From: an uncultured Bacteroidales bacterium
GTDB lineage: Bacteria; Bacteroidota; Bacteroidia; Bacteroidales; ML635J-15
Assembly (NCBI GenBank): GCA_964426585.1
Contig: CAYRQZ010000002.1
Coordinates: forward strand, 18,530 to 82,529
Reading direction: 5' to 3'
Length of the DNA stretch: 64,000 bases
Of the stretch, positions 46,240 through 56,932 are shown piece by piece. Every line of letters begins with the position of its first letter. Position 1 is the first letter of the stretch. A program made the position numbers and the translations under genes. Under the pieces are notes generated by a model, which saw only the letters and a program-made list of their open reading frames with translations, made no database searches and was not told the DNA's origin.

Positions 46240-46938
46240 ATGCAAGTAAAAAAATCAGAAAAAGTTGACTTAGAAAAGAAAAAAATGACTTTTCTATTAA
46301 TTGGTCTGACTGTTGCTTTAGGCTCAATATTATTAGCATTTGAATGGACTTCGAGAGAAGTTTCTGCCTCTACTCTTGGTGCAATAGCAGTTTCAGATAT
46401 TTTTGAAGAGGAAATAGAAAACACTGTTCAAGAAACTCCTCCCGAACAATTAGAACAACCTGAGCCAGAGCCTGAAACTATTATTGAAGAACTTACCATC
46501 GTTGAAGATGATGTTAAAGTTGCTGACATTAAAATAGATACCGAAGCCGACGAAAAAACTCAAACAAGCACAAAAGTTGTTCAAGTTACTGAAGTTGAAA
46601 TTGTTGAAGAAGAGGTTGAACCAATAGCTTTTGCAGTAGTAGAAGACAAACCAATGTTCCCAGGCGGTGATGCTGCTCTTATGAAATTTATAGCTGAAAA
46701 CACAAAATATCCTGAAATTGCAAAAGAAAACGGAATTCAAGGAAGAGTGTTTGTTCAATTTGTAATTGATAAAAATGGTAGTGTTACTAAAGTTCAAATT
46801 GCTAAAGGTGTTGATCCATATCTCGACTCAGAAGCTGTAAGAGTAGTTAAAACTATTCCTAATTGGGCACCAGGAAAACAAAGAGGAAAAGCTGTACCTG
46901 TTACATACATTGTTCCTATTAACTTTAAATTATATTAA
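46240..46938 (+). CDS. tonB: TonB-family energy transducer
   Basis: 232 aa. N-terminal anchor, acidic Glu/Pro-rich linker (EQPEPEPE), and C-terminal TonB domain PMFPGGDAAL...GIQGRVFVQFVIDKNGSV...VKT...W.PG...GK.V. Confidence 0.85.
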   Translation: MQVKKSEKVDLEKKKMTFLLIGLTVALGSILLAFEWTSREVSASTLGAIAVSDIFEEEIENTVQETPPEQLEQPEPEPETIIEELTIVEDDVKVADIKIDTEADEKTQTSTKVVQVTEVEIVEEEVEPIAFAVVEDKPMFPGGDAALMKFIAENTKYPEIAKENGIQGRVFVQFVIDKNGSVTKVQIAKGVDPYLDSEAVRVVKTIPNWAPGKQRGKAVPVTYIVPINFKLY

Positions 46939-46959
46939 ATTCAAAACTATAATTAATTT

Positions 46960-46991
46960 GACCCTACCAAATTCATGGTGGGGTCTTTTTA
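46960..46991 (+). terminator. Rho-independent terminator
   Basis: GACCCTACC-N8-GGTGGGGTC (one G-U pair) followed by TTTTT. Confidence 0.7.
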
Positions 46992-46998
46992 TTAATAT

Positions 46999-48183
46999 AT
47001 GATAAATAAAAATTTTTATCTTAACCAAGAAGAAGCTATTTTAGTTGGACTGGTAAGCATCGAGCAAACAAAAGAGCAAGTATTAGAATATCTTGACGAG
47101 TTAGATTTCTTAGCTAAAACTGTAGGACTAATAGCAAAAAAACATTTTATTCAAAGTTTGACCCAACCAAACCAAAAAACTTATGTCGGTAGCGGTAAGC
47201 TAATTGAAATTTCTGAATACATAAGCGAAAACGAAATAAAACTAGTTATTTTTGATGACGAACTATCGCCTACTCAACTAAGAAATATTGAAAATGTATT
47301 ACAAGTCAGAATTATTGACAGAACTAATTTAATCTTGGATATTTTTGCACAAAGAGCCAGAACATCACATGCAAAAGCCCAGGTTGAATTAGCTCAATAC
47401 CAATATTTGTTACCGCGTTTAACTAGAATGTGGACTCACCTTGAAAGGCAAAAAGGTGGTATAGGAATGAGAGGACCAGGAGAAAAACAATTAGAAACCG
47501 ACAAAAGAATAATTTTAGACAAAATCGCTAAATTAAAAGAAGAATTAGCCTCTATTGATAAACAATTTATCCAACAAAGAAAAAATAGAGGGCAAATGAT
47601 TAGACTCGCTTTAGTTGGCTACACAAATGTTGGAAAATCAACTATTATGAACCTTATTAGCAAATCGGAAGTACTTGCCGAAGATAAACTTTTTGCTACT
47701 CTCGATACTACAGTCCGAAAAGTAGTTCTTAATAACCTCCCCTTTTTACTTAGCGATACTGTTGGATTTATTAGAAAATTACCACATAAATTAATCGAAT
47801 CTTTCAAATCTACTTTCGACGAGGCAAAAGAATCTGACTTAATATTACACGTTATCGATATTTCTCATAAATCATTCCAAGAACAAATCGAAGTAGTTGA
47901 CAACACATTGAAAGAACTAAAAATTAACGAAAAACCTAGAATATTAGTTTTTAATAAAATTGATGCCTTCACTTATAAACCTCAAGACGAATTTGATTTA
48001 AACCCTAAAGCAAAAGAAAATTTCTCGCTTGAAGACTTTAAAAATATGTATTTTGCTAAAACAAATTACCCTGCTGTTTTTATTTCTGCCAAAAACAAAG
48101 AAAATATAGAAGAATTTAAAAACTTAATTTTTAATATTGTGAGAAATATGCATTTTGAAAGATATCCATATAATACAATTTAA
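46999..48183 (+). CDS. hflX: GTPase HflX
   Basis: 394 aa. HflX N-domain, G1 GYTNVGKST, DTVGF, NKID. Confidence 0.93.
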   Translation: MINKNFYLNQEEAILVGLVSIEQTKEQVLEYLDELDFLAKTVGLIAKKHFIQSLTQPNQKTYVGSGKLIEISEYISENEIKLVIFDDELSPTQLRNIENVLQVRIIDRTNLILDIFAQRARTSHAKAQVELAQYQYLLPRLTRMWTHLERQKGGIGMRGPGEKQLETDKRIILDKIAKLKEELASIDKQFIQQRKNRGQMIRLALVGYTNVGKSTIMNLISKSEVLAEDKLFATLDTTVRKVVLNNLPFLLSDTVGFIRKLPHKLIESFKSTFDEAKESDLILHVIDISHKSFQEQIEVVDNTLKELKINEKPRILVFNKIDAFTYKPQDEFDLNPKAKENFSLEDFKNMYFAKTNYPAVFISAKNKENIEEFKNLIFNIVRNMHFERYPYNTI

Positions 48184-48282
48184 ATTTTATAAATACTTTA
48201 ATCTTAAGTTTTATAAAAAAATCTTAGTTAATTAAAAACTTATTGTTAATATTACAATTTAATTTTAAAAATTTCTATTACA

Positions 48283-48942
48283 ATGAAAGTTAATGTTATA
48301 GGAGGTAAAGGAAGCTTATTGGACCAATTTATTTCAGAAATTAGAGACCATCAAATACAGCAAGATAGGCTAAGATTTAGAACCAACTTAACGAGAGTTG
48401 GCGAAATAATGGCTTATGAAATTAGTAAAAACCTTTCTTTTGTTGATGAAGAAATCACTACAAGTTTAGGAATTGCTACTGTACCTACTCTTAAAGAACA
48501 ACCTATAATTACTACTATTTTAAGGGCAGGACTCCCCTATCACCAAGGATTTTTAAATTATTTCGACCATGCCGACAATGCTTTTATTGCTGGATATAGG
48601 AAATACGATAAATCGGGAGCCTTCGAAGTTAAAATTGATTACCTTACTGCTCCTTCAATAGATAATAGAGTATTAATAATTACAGACCCAATGCTGGCAA
48701 GTGGTGGAAGTATTGAACTTGCGTTCAAAGGTCTTTTAAATTTTGGAAAACCTAAACAAGTGCATATTGCAACTATCATTGCTAGTAAAGACGGACTCGA
48801 ATATGTTGAAAAAACACTACCCGAAAGTATGATTACTGTGTGGGTTGGGGCAATTGATGATGAACTTACAGTAAAATCATACATAGTACCTGGACTTGGA
48901 GATGCCGGCGACCTAGCTTACGGACCTAAAACAGATTTCTAA
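48283..48942 (+). CDS. upp: Uracil phosphoribosyltransferase
   Basis: 219 aa. PRPP site LIITDPMLASGGS and C-terminal PGLGDAGD. Confidence 0.93.
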   Translation: MKVNVIGGKGSLLDQFISEIRDHQIQQDRLRFRTNLTRVGEIMAYEISKNLSFVDEEITTSLGIATVPTLKEQPIITTILRAGLPYHQGFLNYFDHADNAFIAGYRKYDKSGAFEVKIDYLTAPSIDNRVLIITDPMLASGGSIELAFKGLLNFGKPKQVHIATIIASKDGLEYVEKTLPESMITVWVGAIDDELTVKSYIVPGLGDAGDLAYGPKTDF

Positions 48943-49008
48943 TATAATACTTTTTCAATTTCTATATCCCTTATTTCTGCTTTTATAAGGTTTCTTGAAT
49001 TATTTTTT

Positions 49009-49016
49009 TAATTTTG
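49009..49016 (+). promoter_or_regulatory. Candidate -7 box (TAatTTTG) for aspS
   Basis: Exact TAnnTTTG match 21 nt upstream of ATG 49038. It overlaps the track's TTG start at 49014, which argues against that start. Confidence 0.4.
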
Positions 49017-49037
49017 CATGTTTTTAAATTTAATTCT

Positions 49038-50789
49038 ATGTACAGAACACATAATTGTGGCGAATTACGTGCCAAAAATATTGGTCAAAAAGTAAAACTT
49101 AGCGGTTGGGTACAATTAAAACGAGACAAAGGCGGAATGATATGGATAGATTTGAGAGATAGATTTGGAATTACTCAACTTGTAGCCGAAGAAAAAAACA
49201 CAGATAAGCAAATTATTGATATTATTGATAAAATTGGTCGCGAATTTGTAATATCAGTTAGTGGTGTAGTAATTGAAAGATATAGCAAAAACGATAAAAT
49301 ACCTACTGGTGATATAGAAATTAAAATCGAAGAAATTAATATTCTGAGCCTATCCGAAACTCCACCATTTACTATTATAGACAATACCGATGGCGGAGAC
49401 GAACTTAGAATGAAATATCGTTATCTGGATATTAGAAGAAACCCCGTTAAAAATGCGCTTTTACTTCGCCACAAAATGGCTCAAGAAATACGAAAATATC
49501 TCGACAGCATAGATTTTATTGAAGTTGAGACTCCCGTTTTGATAAAATCTACACCCGAAGGTGCTAGAGATTTTGTCGTCCCCTCACGCATGAACCAAGG
49601 AGAATTTTATGCTCTCCCTCAATCGCCTCAAACATTTAAACAACTTTTAATGATTGCAGGAATGGATAAATATTTCCAAATTGTTAAATGTTTTAGAGAC
49701 GAAGACCTCCGTGCCGACCGACAACCAGAGTTCACCCAAGTTGATTGCGAAATGTCTTTTGTCGACCAAAATGACATTATGAACACTTTTGAAAAATTAT
49801 TAAAACATTTATTTAAATCGGTAAAAGAAATAAATATTGATTATCAATTCCCACGAATGCCATATTCAGAAGCAATGGAAAAATATGGAAACGACAAACC
49901 TGACATTAGATTCGATATGTGTATTACGGATATTACGCAATTAGTAAAAGGAAAAGATTTTGTAGTTTTTGATTCTGCTGAATATATAGGTGGAATTGTT
50001 CTTAAAAACTCTTGCGAATATTCTCGTAAACAAATTGACGAACTTTCCGATTTTGTTAAAACACCTCAAATTGGTGCTAAAGGATTGGTATTTTGTAAAT
50101 ATGGGAATGATAATAGTTTTAAATCTTCTGTAGACAAGTTTTTCAACCATGATGATTGGAAAATAATTAGCGACCTTATGAAAGCAAACCCAGGCGATTT
50201 ATTATTAATTATTGCCGGCGAAAAAAATATTAGTTTGAATGCTTTGAGCGAGCTTAGATTAAAACTTGCTAATGATTTAGGTTTACGCAAAAAAAATAAT
50301 TTTGCACCGCTTTGGGTAACTGAGTTCCCACTTTTAGAATTTGATGCCGAAACTAATAGGTATTATGCAAAACATCATCCTTTTACTGCTCCTTTTGATG
50401 AAGACATTAAACTTTTCGACACAAATCCTGCAAAAATTAGAGCTAAAGCTTATGATTTAGTGATTAACGGAGTTGAAATTGGCGGCGGATCTATTAGAAT
50501 CTTTGATAAAGATTTACAATCGCTAATGTTTAAAAATCTTGGGTTTACTGAACAAGAAGCCGAAACTCAATTTGGCTTTTTAATGAACGCTTTCAAATTT
50601 GGCGCCCCTCCACACGGCGGTATTGCACTTGGATTTGATAGATTAGTATCTTTATTCGGAGGAAGCGACTCTATACGAGACTATATTGCCTTTCCTAAAA
50701 ATAATTCAGGAAAAGATATTATGATTGAAAGCCCTTCTACTATTTCGCAAAAACAACTTGATGAGTTAGGATTGATTATTAAAAAGTAA
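49038..50789 (+). CDS. aspS: Aspartate--tRNA ligase
   Basis: 583 aa from ATG 49038 ([11 protein letters not shown]). N-terminal OB fold, class II motif 2 [22 protein letters not shown], and motif 3 region GIALGFDRL. Confidence 0.96.
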   Translation: MYRTHNCGELRAKNIGQKVKLSGWVQLKRDKGGMIWIDLRDRFGITQLVAEEKNTDKQIIDIIDKIGREFVISVSGVVIERYSKNDKIPTGDIEIKIEEINILSLSETPPFTIIDNTDGGDELRMKYRYLDIRRNPVKNALLLRHKMAQEIRKYLDSIDFIEVETPVLIKSTPEGARDFVVPSRMNQGEFYALPQSPQTFKQLLMIAGMDKYFQIVKCFRDEDLRADRQPEFTQVDCEMSFVDQNDIMNTFEKLLKHLFKSVKEINIDYQFPRMPYSEAMEKYGNDKPDIRFDMCITDITQLVKGKDFVVFDSAEYIGGIVLKNSCEYSRKQIDELSDFVKTPQIGAKGLVFCKYGNDNSFKSSVDKFFNHDDWKIISDLMKANPGDLLLIIAGEKNISLNALSELRLKLANDLGLRKKNNFAPLWVTEFPLLEFDAETNRYYAKHHPFTAPFDEDIKLFDTNPAKIRAKAYDLVINGVEIGGGSIRIFDKDLQSLMFKNLGFTEQEAETQFGFLMNAFKFGAPPHGGIALGFDRLVSLFGGSDSIRDYIAFPKNNSGKDIMIESPSTISQKQLDELGLIIKK

Positions 50790-50918
50790 ATTAACAAAAT
50801 TTTGAAATTTAAATTTAAAGAATTTACTTACTGTCAAAAACACAAAATATAAAGGCTTAATTTTTTACATAAATAGCGGACATTTAAAATTATTCTAAAA
50901 TTTCTTTAGTAATTTTAT

Positions 50919-50926
50919 TATTTTTG
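50919..50926 (+). promoter_or_regulatory. Candidate -7 box (TAttTTTG) for the TMTC-like/GT2 pair
   Basis: Exact TAnnTTTG match 25 nt upstream of the ATG at 50952. Confidence 0.4.
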
Positions 50927-50951
50927 TGTGTTCCTGTAAAAACATTTTATT

Positions 50952-53114
50952 ATGGCTAAACAAAAAATACAACAAAAACCTAATTATAAAGACACAGCTA
51001 ACATTTCAAAAAATATTGTAATTTCTAAACACAAGCATAATATTTTTGTCTTTATTATTTTAAGCATTTTTGCCTTTATTCTGTATGGGAACACTCTAAA
51101 AAATGATTTTGCCTTAGATGATGCTATTGTTATTACAGGAAATCAATTTACTCAAAAAGGTTTTAACGGGATTAAAGACATTCTCAAATATGATACATTT
51201 GTTGGTTTTTGGTTAACTAACAACGCAGGGAAAACAGCAGAACAAATACAAGAAGAAAAAAAATTAGTAGCAGGAGGGCGTTATAGACCTTTGTCTTTAA
51301 TCAGCTTTGCAATTGAATTAGAGTTTTTTGGAAAAAATATTAAAGACGACCAAGGTAAAATACTTTACAAAGGCAATCCTAGTGTTAGCCATTTTTTTAA
51401 TATTATTTTATATTTACTAACAACCTACCTTTTATATTTAATTCTATGCAAACTCATTCCGCCTAAACAAGATACAAAATGGTATTTAAGTATTCCGTTT
51501 TTAGCATCAATATTATTTTTAGCCCATCCTCTTCATACCGAAGCTGTTGCTAATATAAAAGGCAGAGATGAAATAATGACCTTACTAGGCTCTCTTGCAG
51601 CTTTATGGTTCACTTTAAAATATCTAGACACAAAAAAACATGCACTTTTGCTTGCCTCATCGTTTTGTTTATTTTTAGGTTTACTCTCAAAAGAAAATGC
51701 TATTACTTTTCTTGCAATAATCCCAATTTCTGCATATTATTTCACAAATCACAAGTTAAAAGATATATTCAAAGCAAGTTTACCACTTTTTGCAGTTTCA
51801 GTTTTATTTCTATTAATTCGTGGTTCGGTCTTGGGCATGGGTGGAGAAAAAACAATTTCTAACGAAATTTTAAATAATCCTTTTATTACAGCGAGTTTTG
51901 GAGAAAAATTTGCCACTATATTTTTCACACTTTGGCTTTATATTAAGCTATTATTTTTCCCACACCCACTAACTTATGACTATTACCCTTGGCAAATTGA
52001 AATTATTAATTTTGCAAACCCAAAAGCATTTTTACCATTAATACTATACTTAGCTCTTGGAATTTTTGCAGTTTATGGTATGGTAAAAAAGAAAGATGAA
52101 TTTTCTTATTCAATTTGGTTCTATTTATTACCATTATCAGTTGTTTCAAATATATTTTTTCCCGTAGGCACATTCATGAACGAAAGATTTATTTTTATTT
52201 CATCAATAGGCTTTTGTATTTTTATTGCTGTCTTACTTGGAAAATATTTAGCTAAATTAATAAAAAATGTAGAAATTCAGTCATATACAACTGCATTTAT
52301 TTTAATCATAATTTTAGGCTCATACTCTTTTAAAACCATTGATAGAAATAAAGCTTGGAAAAACGACTTAACTCTTTTTACAACAGACGTCAAAACTTCA
52401 TATAATTCAGCCAAGAGTAATTGTTCTGTCGGGGGAAAACTTATTGAAGAAGCACAAAAACCTATAAATAAAAATAATAAAACTACTCATGATTCCTTAG
52501 TAACTCAGTCCATGGTATTTTTAGAAAGAGCCTTAGAAATTTATCCAGAATACATAGACGCTTTAAATCTTTTAGGCAACGCACATTTTGAACATAATTA
52601 TAATATTCACCGAACATTACATTACTATTCAAAAATTTTAAAACTTCGTCCTTATCATAGCCTTGCTTATGGAAATTCGCGGATAGTACTTCAAGCGAGT
52701 ACAGGATTATTAAATGCAAACGAAACAGTTTCTAAGCCAAGCGAAATTATTTCGGCTTGCGAAGAATTAATTAATGTCCTACCCAATTTTGGTGAAGCTT
52801 ATCACATAATGGGGATTATGTACGGCAAATATTCAGAAAACAAACTCGACTCAGCGATATTTTATTTAGAAAAAGCAAATCAATGTAATTTTAAGAAAGA
52901 CGCTAGCTTTTACAGAGATTTGGGGGTAGCTTATGGATTGTCGGGGCAATTTCGGCCTGCTTTAGAGAATTTCTTAAAATCATTAGAACTTGATTCTAAC
53001 GATTATCAAACATATTATAACGTAGGTTTAACTTTTCAACAGCTTGGCGATATGCAAAAAGCAAATACATATTTTGCTAAAGCACAAGAAATTCAAAACC
53101 AAATAAAACAATGA
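50952..53114 (+). CDS. TMTC-like GT-C membrane glycosyltransferase with C-terminal TPR domain
   Basis: 720 aa. About 10 or more TM helices with a first-loop NDFALDDAIVI (DD motif) and HPLHTEAVANIKGRDE, both as I recall from the TMTC / DUF1736 family. The C-terminal ~220 aa is made of TPR-like repeats. Confidence 0.7.
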   Translation: MAKQKIQQKPNYKDTANISKNIVISKHKHNIFVFIILSIFAFILYGNTLKNDFALDDAIVITGNQFTQKGFNGIKDILKYDTFVGFWLTNNAGKTAEQIQEEKKLVAGGRYRPLSLISFAIELEFFGKNIKDDQGKILYKGNPSVSHFFNIILYLLTTYLLYLILCKLIPPKQDTKWYLSIPFLASILFLAHPLHTEAVANIKGRDEIMTLLGSLAALWFTLKYLDTKKHALLLASSFCLFLGLLSKENAITFLAIIPISAYYFTNHKLKDIFKASLPLFAVSVLFLLIRGSVLGMGGEKTISNEILNNPFITASFGEKFATIFFTLWLYIKLLFFPHPLTYDYYPWQIEIINFANPKAFLPLILYLALGIFAVYGMVKKKDEFSYSIWFYLLPLSVVSNIFFPVGTFMNERFIFISSIGFCIFIAVLLGKYLAKLIKNVEIQSYTTAFILIIILGSYSFKTIDRNKAWKNDLTLFTTDVKTSYNSAKSNCSVGGKLIEEAQKPINKNNKTTHDSLVTQSMVFLERALEIYPEYIDALNLLGNAHFEHNYNIHRTLHYYSKILKLRPYHSLAYGNSRIVLQASTGLLNANETVSKPSEIISACEELINVLPNFGEAYHIMGIMYGKYSENKLDSAIFYLEKANQCNFKKDASFYRDLGVAYGLSGQFRPALENFLKSLELDSNDYQTYYNVGLTFQQLGDMQKANTYFAKAQEIQNQIKQ

Positions 53115-53860
53115 TAAAAGACAAAAAAATAGTGGTAGTACTTCCTGCTTATAACGCAGAGCAAACCATAGAAAGTACTTATAATGAAATTCCTTTCGAC
53201 ATTGTTGATGAAGTGATTCTTGTTGACGATAACTCAAAAGATAAAACTGTTGACAAAGCAAAACAAATTGGGATAACACATATTTTTGTTCATGATAAAA
53301 ATAAAGGCTACGGTGCTAATCAGAAAACTTGCTATAATAATGCACTAAGTCTTAATGCTGATATTATTATAATGCTCCACCCCGATTATCAATATACACC
53401 TAAATTAATACATTCTATGGCTTATTTGATTGCCAACGAGGTTTATCCTGTTGTTCTAGGTTCTAGGATTTTGGGAAAAGGGGCTTTAAAAGGAGGAATG
53501 CCTTTATATAAGTATTTTTTTAATCGCTTTCTTACATTTAGCCAAAATATGTTAATGAACCAAAAACTTTCTGAATATCATACAGGCTATAGAGCCTTCT
53601 CCGCGAAAGTTTTAAATAAAATTAATTATAATAACAATTCTGATGACTTTGTTTTTGATAATCAAATGCTTGCGCAAATATTTTATGCTGGTTTTGAAAT
53701 AGCCGAAGTTACTTGCCCTACTAAGTATTTTGAAGAAGCATCTTCAATTAATTTTCATCGAAGTGTAAAATATGGATTCGGCGTTTTATCAACTTCGTGT
53801 AAATACTTTCTTAATAAAATAGGTATCGCCAAGTCAAAAATATTTCAACAAAACATATAA
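53111..53860 (+). CDS. Family 2 glycosyltransferase, Dpm1/GtrB-like polyprenol-phosphate sugar synthase candidate
   Basis: 249 aa. VVLPAYNAE, VDDNSKDKT, NKGYG and HPDYQY (DxD-equivalent), with no TM helices. The ATG overlaps the upstream stop (ATGA at 53111-53114). Confidence 0.8.
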   Translation: MIKDKKIVVVLPAYNAEQTIESTYNEIPFDIVDEVILVDDNSKDKTVDKAKQIGITHIFVHDKNKGYGANQKTCYNNALSLNADIIIMLHPDYQYTPKLIHSMAYLIANEVYPVVLGSRILGKGALKGGMPLYKYFFNRFLTFSQNMLMNQKLSEYHTGYRAFSAKVLNKINYNNNSDDFVFDNQMLAQIFYAGFEIAEVTCPTKYFEEASSINFHRSVKYGFGVLSTSCKYFLNKIGIAKSKIFQQNI

Positions 53861-53865
53861 AACAA

Positions 53866-54813
53866 GTGCAAAGTTTAGATAAAATATTAGAAATTGATTA
53901 TCCTGTCATTTTAGCACCAATGTTTTTGGTTAGTACTCCCGAAATGATAAAAATTGCTTTAGATTCTGGAATTACTGGGGTTTTACCAGCTATGAATTAT
54001 AGAAAAGAAAGCGATTTAAAATCAACAATTAAAGAATTAAAAAATTATTCCGATAAAGCCTTCGGGATTAATCTTATCACAAACCGCTCAAATACAAAAT
54101 ATAAAAAACAGCTATACGCAATTTTAGATTCAGCCCCTGCTTATGTAATATCTTCATTAGGCAATCCAAAAGAGCTTATTTGCGAAGCAAAAAAAGTAGG
54201 AATAAAAGTTTTCTGCGATGTTACAAAGCTAAAATATGCAAAAAAAGTTGAAGACTTAGGAGCTGATGCAATTATTGCTGTAAACTCATCAGCAGGAGGA
54301 CATTGCGGAAGTGTAGAAAGAGATGAACTTATTACAAGCTTAAAACAAAATTGCAAAATACCTATCATTAACGCAGGTGGCGTTAGCAATAATAAAGAAT
54401 TTAAGCACGTACTTTCCTTAGGAGCTTCTGGAGTTTCGGTTGGAACAATATTTATTGCTAGTAACGAAAGTCCAGTTTCAAACGAATATAAACAAGCACT
54501 TATTAATTATGGTGAAGAAGACATTGTACTAACTAAAAAGCTCTCGGGAATTAATTCAACCGTAATAAACACCGATTACGTCAAAAAACTCGGAACAAAA
54601 CCAAGCATTTTAGAACTTTTGGTTAAAAAGAACACTTTCCTAAAAAACTTTGCAAAATCATTAATTACAAAACATGGCATGAAAAAATTGGAAAAAGCTG
54701 CTTTTACTGCTAGTTACAAAAATTTTTGGGTAGCAAGTAAATCTATTGAAAATATAAAAGAAATTAAAAGTTTAAAAGATATTATTTCCGATTTGGTTAA
54801 TTCAAATGTTTAA
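53866..54813 (+). CDS. Nitronate monooxygenase / FabK-like FMN TIM-barrel oxidoreductase
   Basis: 315 aa with a GTG start. YPVILAPM, SSAGGHCG and GGV..GASGVSVGT motifs. Confidence 0.8.
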   Translation: MQSLDKILEIDYPVILAPMFLVSTPEMIKIALDSGITGVLPAMNYRKESDLKSTIKELKNYSDKAFGINLITNRSNTKYKKQLYAILDSAPAYVISSLGNPKELICEAKKVGIKVFCDVTKLKYAKKVEDLGADAIIAVNSSAGGHCGSVERDELITSLKQNCKIPIINAGGVSNNKEFKHVLSLGASGVSVGTIFIASNESPVSNEYKQALINYGEEDIVLTKKLSGINSTVINTDYVKKLGTKPSILELLVKKNTFLKNFAKSLITKHGMKKLEKAAFTASYKNFWVASKSIENIKEIKSLKDIISDLVNSNV

Positions 54814-54838
54814 AACGAAATTGACAATAAAATGAGCA

Positions 54839-55792
54839 TTATACCAATTTTTGCTTTAAATAATTTTCAATATTATTAAAAATTCTTTCTTCTAAATTTT
54901 GGTTATCCGATTTTACAAATTTTTGTCCAATAATTTTTTCATAAAGTTCAATATACCTATCAGAAATGCTTTCAACAAATTCATCAGTCATTTTGGGGAC
55001 TTTTTGCCCTGGTTTTCCTTGAAAACCATTTTCCATTAACCATTCTCTAACAAACTCTTTCGATAGTTGTCTTTGATTTTCTCCTTTATCAAATCTTTCT
55101 TGGTAAGTATCCTTATAAAAATAGCGTGAAGAATCAGGCGTGTGAATTTCGTCAATCAAAAATATTTTACCATCTTTTTTTCCAAACTCGTATTTTGTAT
55201 CAACTAAAATTAATCCCATTTTATTAGCAATCTCTTGCCCTCTTTCAAACAATTTTAGAGAATATTCTTCTAGTTTAACATATTCAACTTCTGATACCAA
55301 GTTTGAGGCAATAATTTCGTGGCGAGAAATATTTTCGTCGTGAGCCCCTTGTTCCGCTTTGGTTGTTGGTGTAATTATAGGTTTTTCAAAAGCTTGATGT
55401 TCTCTCATGCCGTCAGGAATTTTTACACCACAAATTTCACGTGCACCATTTTTATAATCACGCCAAGAAGAACCGGTTAGATAAGCCCTAACAATCATTT
55501 CGACAGGATATGAATCGCAGCGCCAACCGAGAGTTACCATTGGATCGGGATTAGCAATTTTCCAATTTGGAACAATATCAGAAGTAGCATCTAAGAAATT
55601 TGATGCAATTTGATTTAAAACTTGTCCTTTAAAAGGAATCCCTTTTGGTAAAACAATGTCGAAGGCAGAAATTCTATCGCTAACAATCATTGCAAGTAAA
55701 TCATCTCCTATAAAGTACACATCTCTAACTTTTCCTTTATAAAAATCTTTTTGGTTTTGAAACTTAAAATTTGTTTGAGTAAGAGCTTTCAT
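54839..55792 (-). CDS. purC: Phosphoribosylaminoimidazole-succinocarboxamide synthase
   Basis: 317 aa long-form SAICAR synthetase. [24 protein letters not shown] and [10 protein letters not shown] motifs. Confidence 0.95.
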   Translation of the reverse strand: MKALTQTNFKFQNQKDFYKGKVRDVYFIGDDLLAMIVSDRISAFDIVLPKGIPFKGQVLNQIASNFLDATSDIVPNWKIANPDPMVTLGWRCDSYPVEMIVRAYLTGSSWRDYKNGAREICGVKIPDGMREHQAFEKPIITPTTKAEQGAHDENISRHEIIASNLVSEVEYVKLEEYSLKLFERGQEIANKMGLILVDTKYEFGKKDGKIFLIDEIHTPDSSRYFYKDTYQERFDKGENQRQLSKEFVREWLMENGFQGKPGQKVPKMTDEFVESISDRYIELYEKIIGQKFVKSDNQNLEERIFNNIENYLKQKLV

Positions 55793-55795
55793 ATT

Positions 55796-56746
55796 TTATT
55801 TATTATGTTTTTCATTATTTTCGTAAGCTTCAACAATTTTCCCAACAATTCTATGCCTAATAATATCACTTTTATCGAATTTCACAAAAGAAATTCCGTC
55901 AATTCCTTGTAAAATATCGAAAGAAATAGGTAATCCTGAATCTGCTTTTTTGGGCAAGTCAATTTGCGTAATATCACCTGTAACAATAAACTTAGAGTTT
56001 TCGCCCATCCGTGTCAGGAACATTTTCAGTTGAGTATAAGTTGCATTTTGCGCTTCATCTAAAATCACGAAGGCATCGCTTAAAGTACGCCCACGCATAA
56101 AAGCCAAAGGAGCAATTTGAATAATTTTTTCTTCAATATATTTTTCTAACTTTTTGTAGGGAATCATATCCAAAAGAGCATCGTATAAGGGTTGTAAATA
56201 AGGGTCAAGTTTTTCGCGTAAGTCTCCAGGCAAGAATCCAAGATTTTCGCCAGCTTCGACAGCAGGACGAGAGAGAATAATTCTTTTCACCCGCATTTCT
56301 TTCAAAGACTGAACCGCCAAAGCTATTGCCGTATAAGTTTTTCCTGTCCCGGCTGGACCTATTGCAAAAATCAAATCATTTTCTTTAAATTCTTCAATTA
56401 AAACTTTTTGATTTTTTGTTCTCGCTTTAATAGCTTTCCCTGTAACAGAGTACAATAATACATCGCCATCTATTTTATGCTCAGAAATATGCTCATCGCT
56501 AGCTATAATTTGCTTTAAATCTGAAATAGTCAATCGACTAAAATGATTAAAATGATTTATTATCGCTTGGAATTTCGTTTCGAAAAGAATAATTTCTTCA
56601 TCTTCGCCTGAAACTTTCAAAATATCGCCACGAACAACAATTTTTAAACGTGGAAAAGACTTTGTTAGCTCCATTAAGTTAACTTCACGAACTCCAAAAA
56701 ACTTAGTTAAATCTTCAACATCAATTAAAATATTTTTTTCTGTCAT
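55796..56746 (-). CDS. phoH: PhoH-family ATPase
   Basis: 316 aa. Walker A GPAGTGKTY, Walker B FVILDEAQN, GDITQIDLP. Confidence 0.92.
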   Translation of the reverse strand: MTEKNILIDVEDLTKFFGVREVNLMELTKSFPRLKIVVRGDILKVSGEDEEIILFETKFQAIINHFNHFSRLTISDLKQIIASDEHISEHKIDGDVLLYSVTGKAIKARTKNQKVLIEEFKENDLIFAIGPAGTGKTYTAIALAVQSLKEMRVKRIILSRPAVEAGENLGFLPGDLREKLDPYLQPLYDALLDMIPYKKLEKYIEEKIIQIAPLAFMRGRTLSDAFVILDEAQNATYTQLKMFLTRMGENSKFIVTGDITQIDLPKKADSGLPISFDILQGIDGISFVKFDKSDIIRHRIVGKIVEAYENNEKHNK

Positions 56747-56782
56747 TAAAAATTATTTGAACTGCAAAATAAAACAATTATT

Positions 56783-56790
56783 CAAATTTA
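56783..56790 (-). promoter_or_regulatory. Candidate -7 box (TAaaTTTG on minus strand) for phoH-purC
   Basis: The plus strand reads CAAATTTA, 37 nt upstream of the ATG at 56746. Confidence 0.4.
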
Positions 56791-56836
56791 TTCTCAGCGA
56801 TTCGGTTTGTTTTTTATTAATTTTTCAACAAAACAA

Positions 56837-56844
56837 TAATTTTG
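56837..56844 (+). promoter_or_regulatory. Candidate -7 box (TAatTTTG) for the DUF62 gene
   Basis: Exact TAnnTTTG match, but 88 nt upstream of the TTG start at 56933, so weaker. Confidence 0.25.
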
Positions 56845-56932
56845 CATAAAAATAAGACAAATAATTAAACAAATTAGTAATTTTAAGCCGAAAAATAACT
56901 TTAGAATTTTTATATTAAATTTTATTATAAAA

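Noticed and set aside
46450-46797. 115-aa minus-strand ORF inside tonB. Similar shadow ORFs lie at 1925-2188, 5961-6308, 6631-6912, 12185-12379, 36693-36917, 49941-50290 and 53028-53279.
   Set aside because: All lie antisense or out of frame within long, well-supported genes. Their translations are low-complexity and Phe/Ile/Asn/Lys-rich, as expected from AT-rich DNA. None has an upstream promoter box.
49014-49037. TTG start proposed by the ORF track for aspS.
   Set aside because: The TTG lies inside the candidate -7 box (49009-49016). ATG 49038 yields the conserved AspRS N-terminus ([11 protein letters not shown]).
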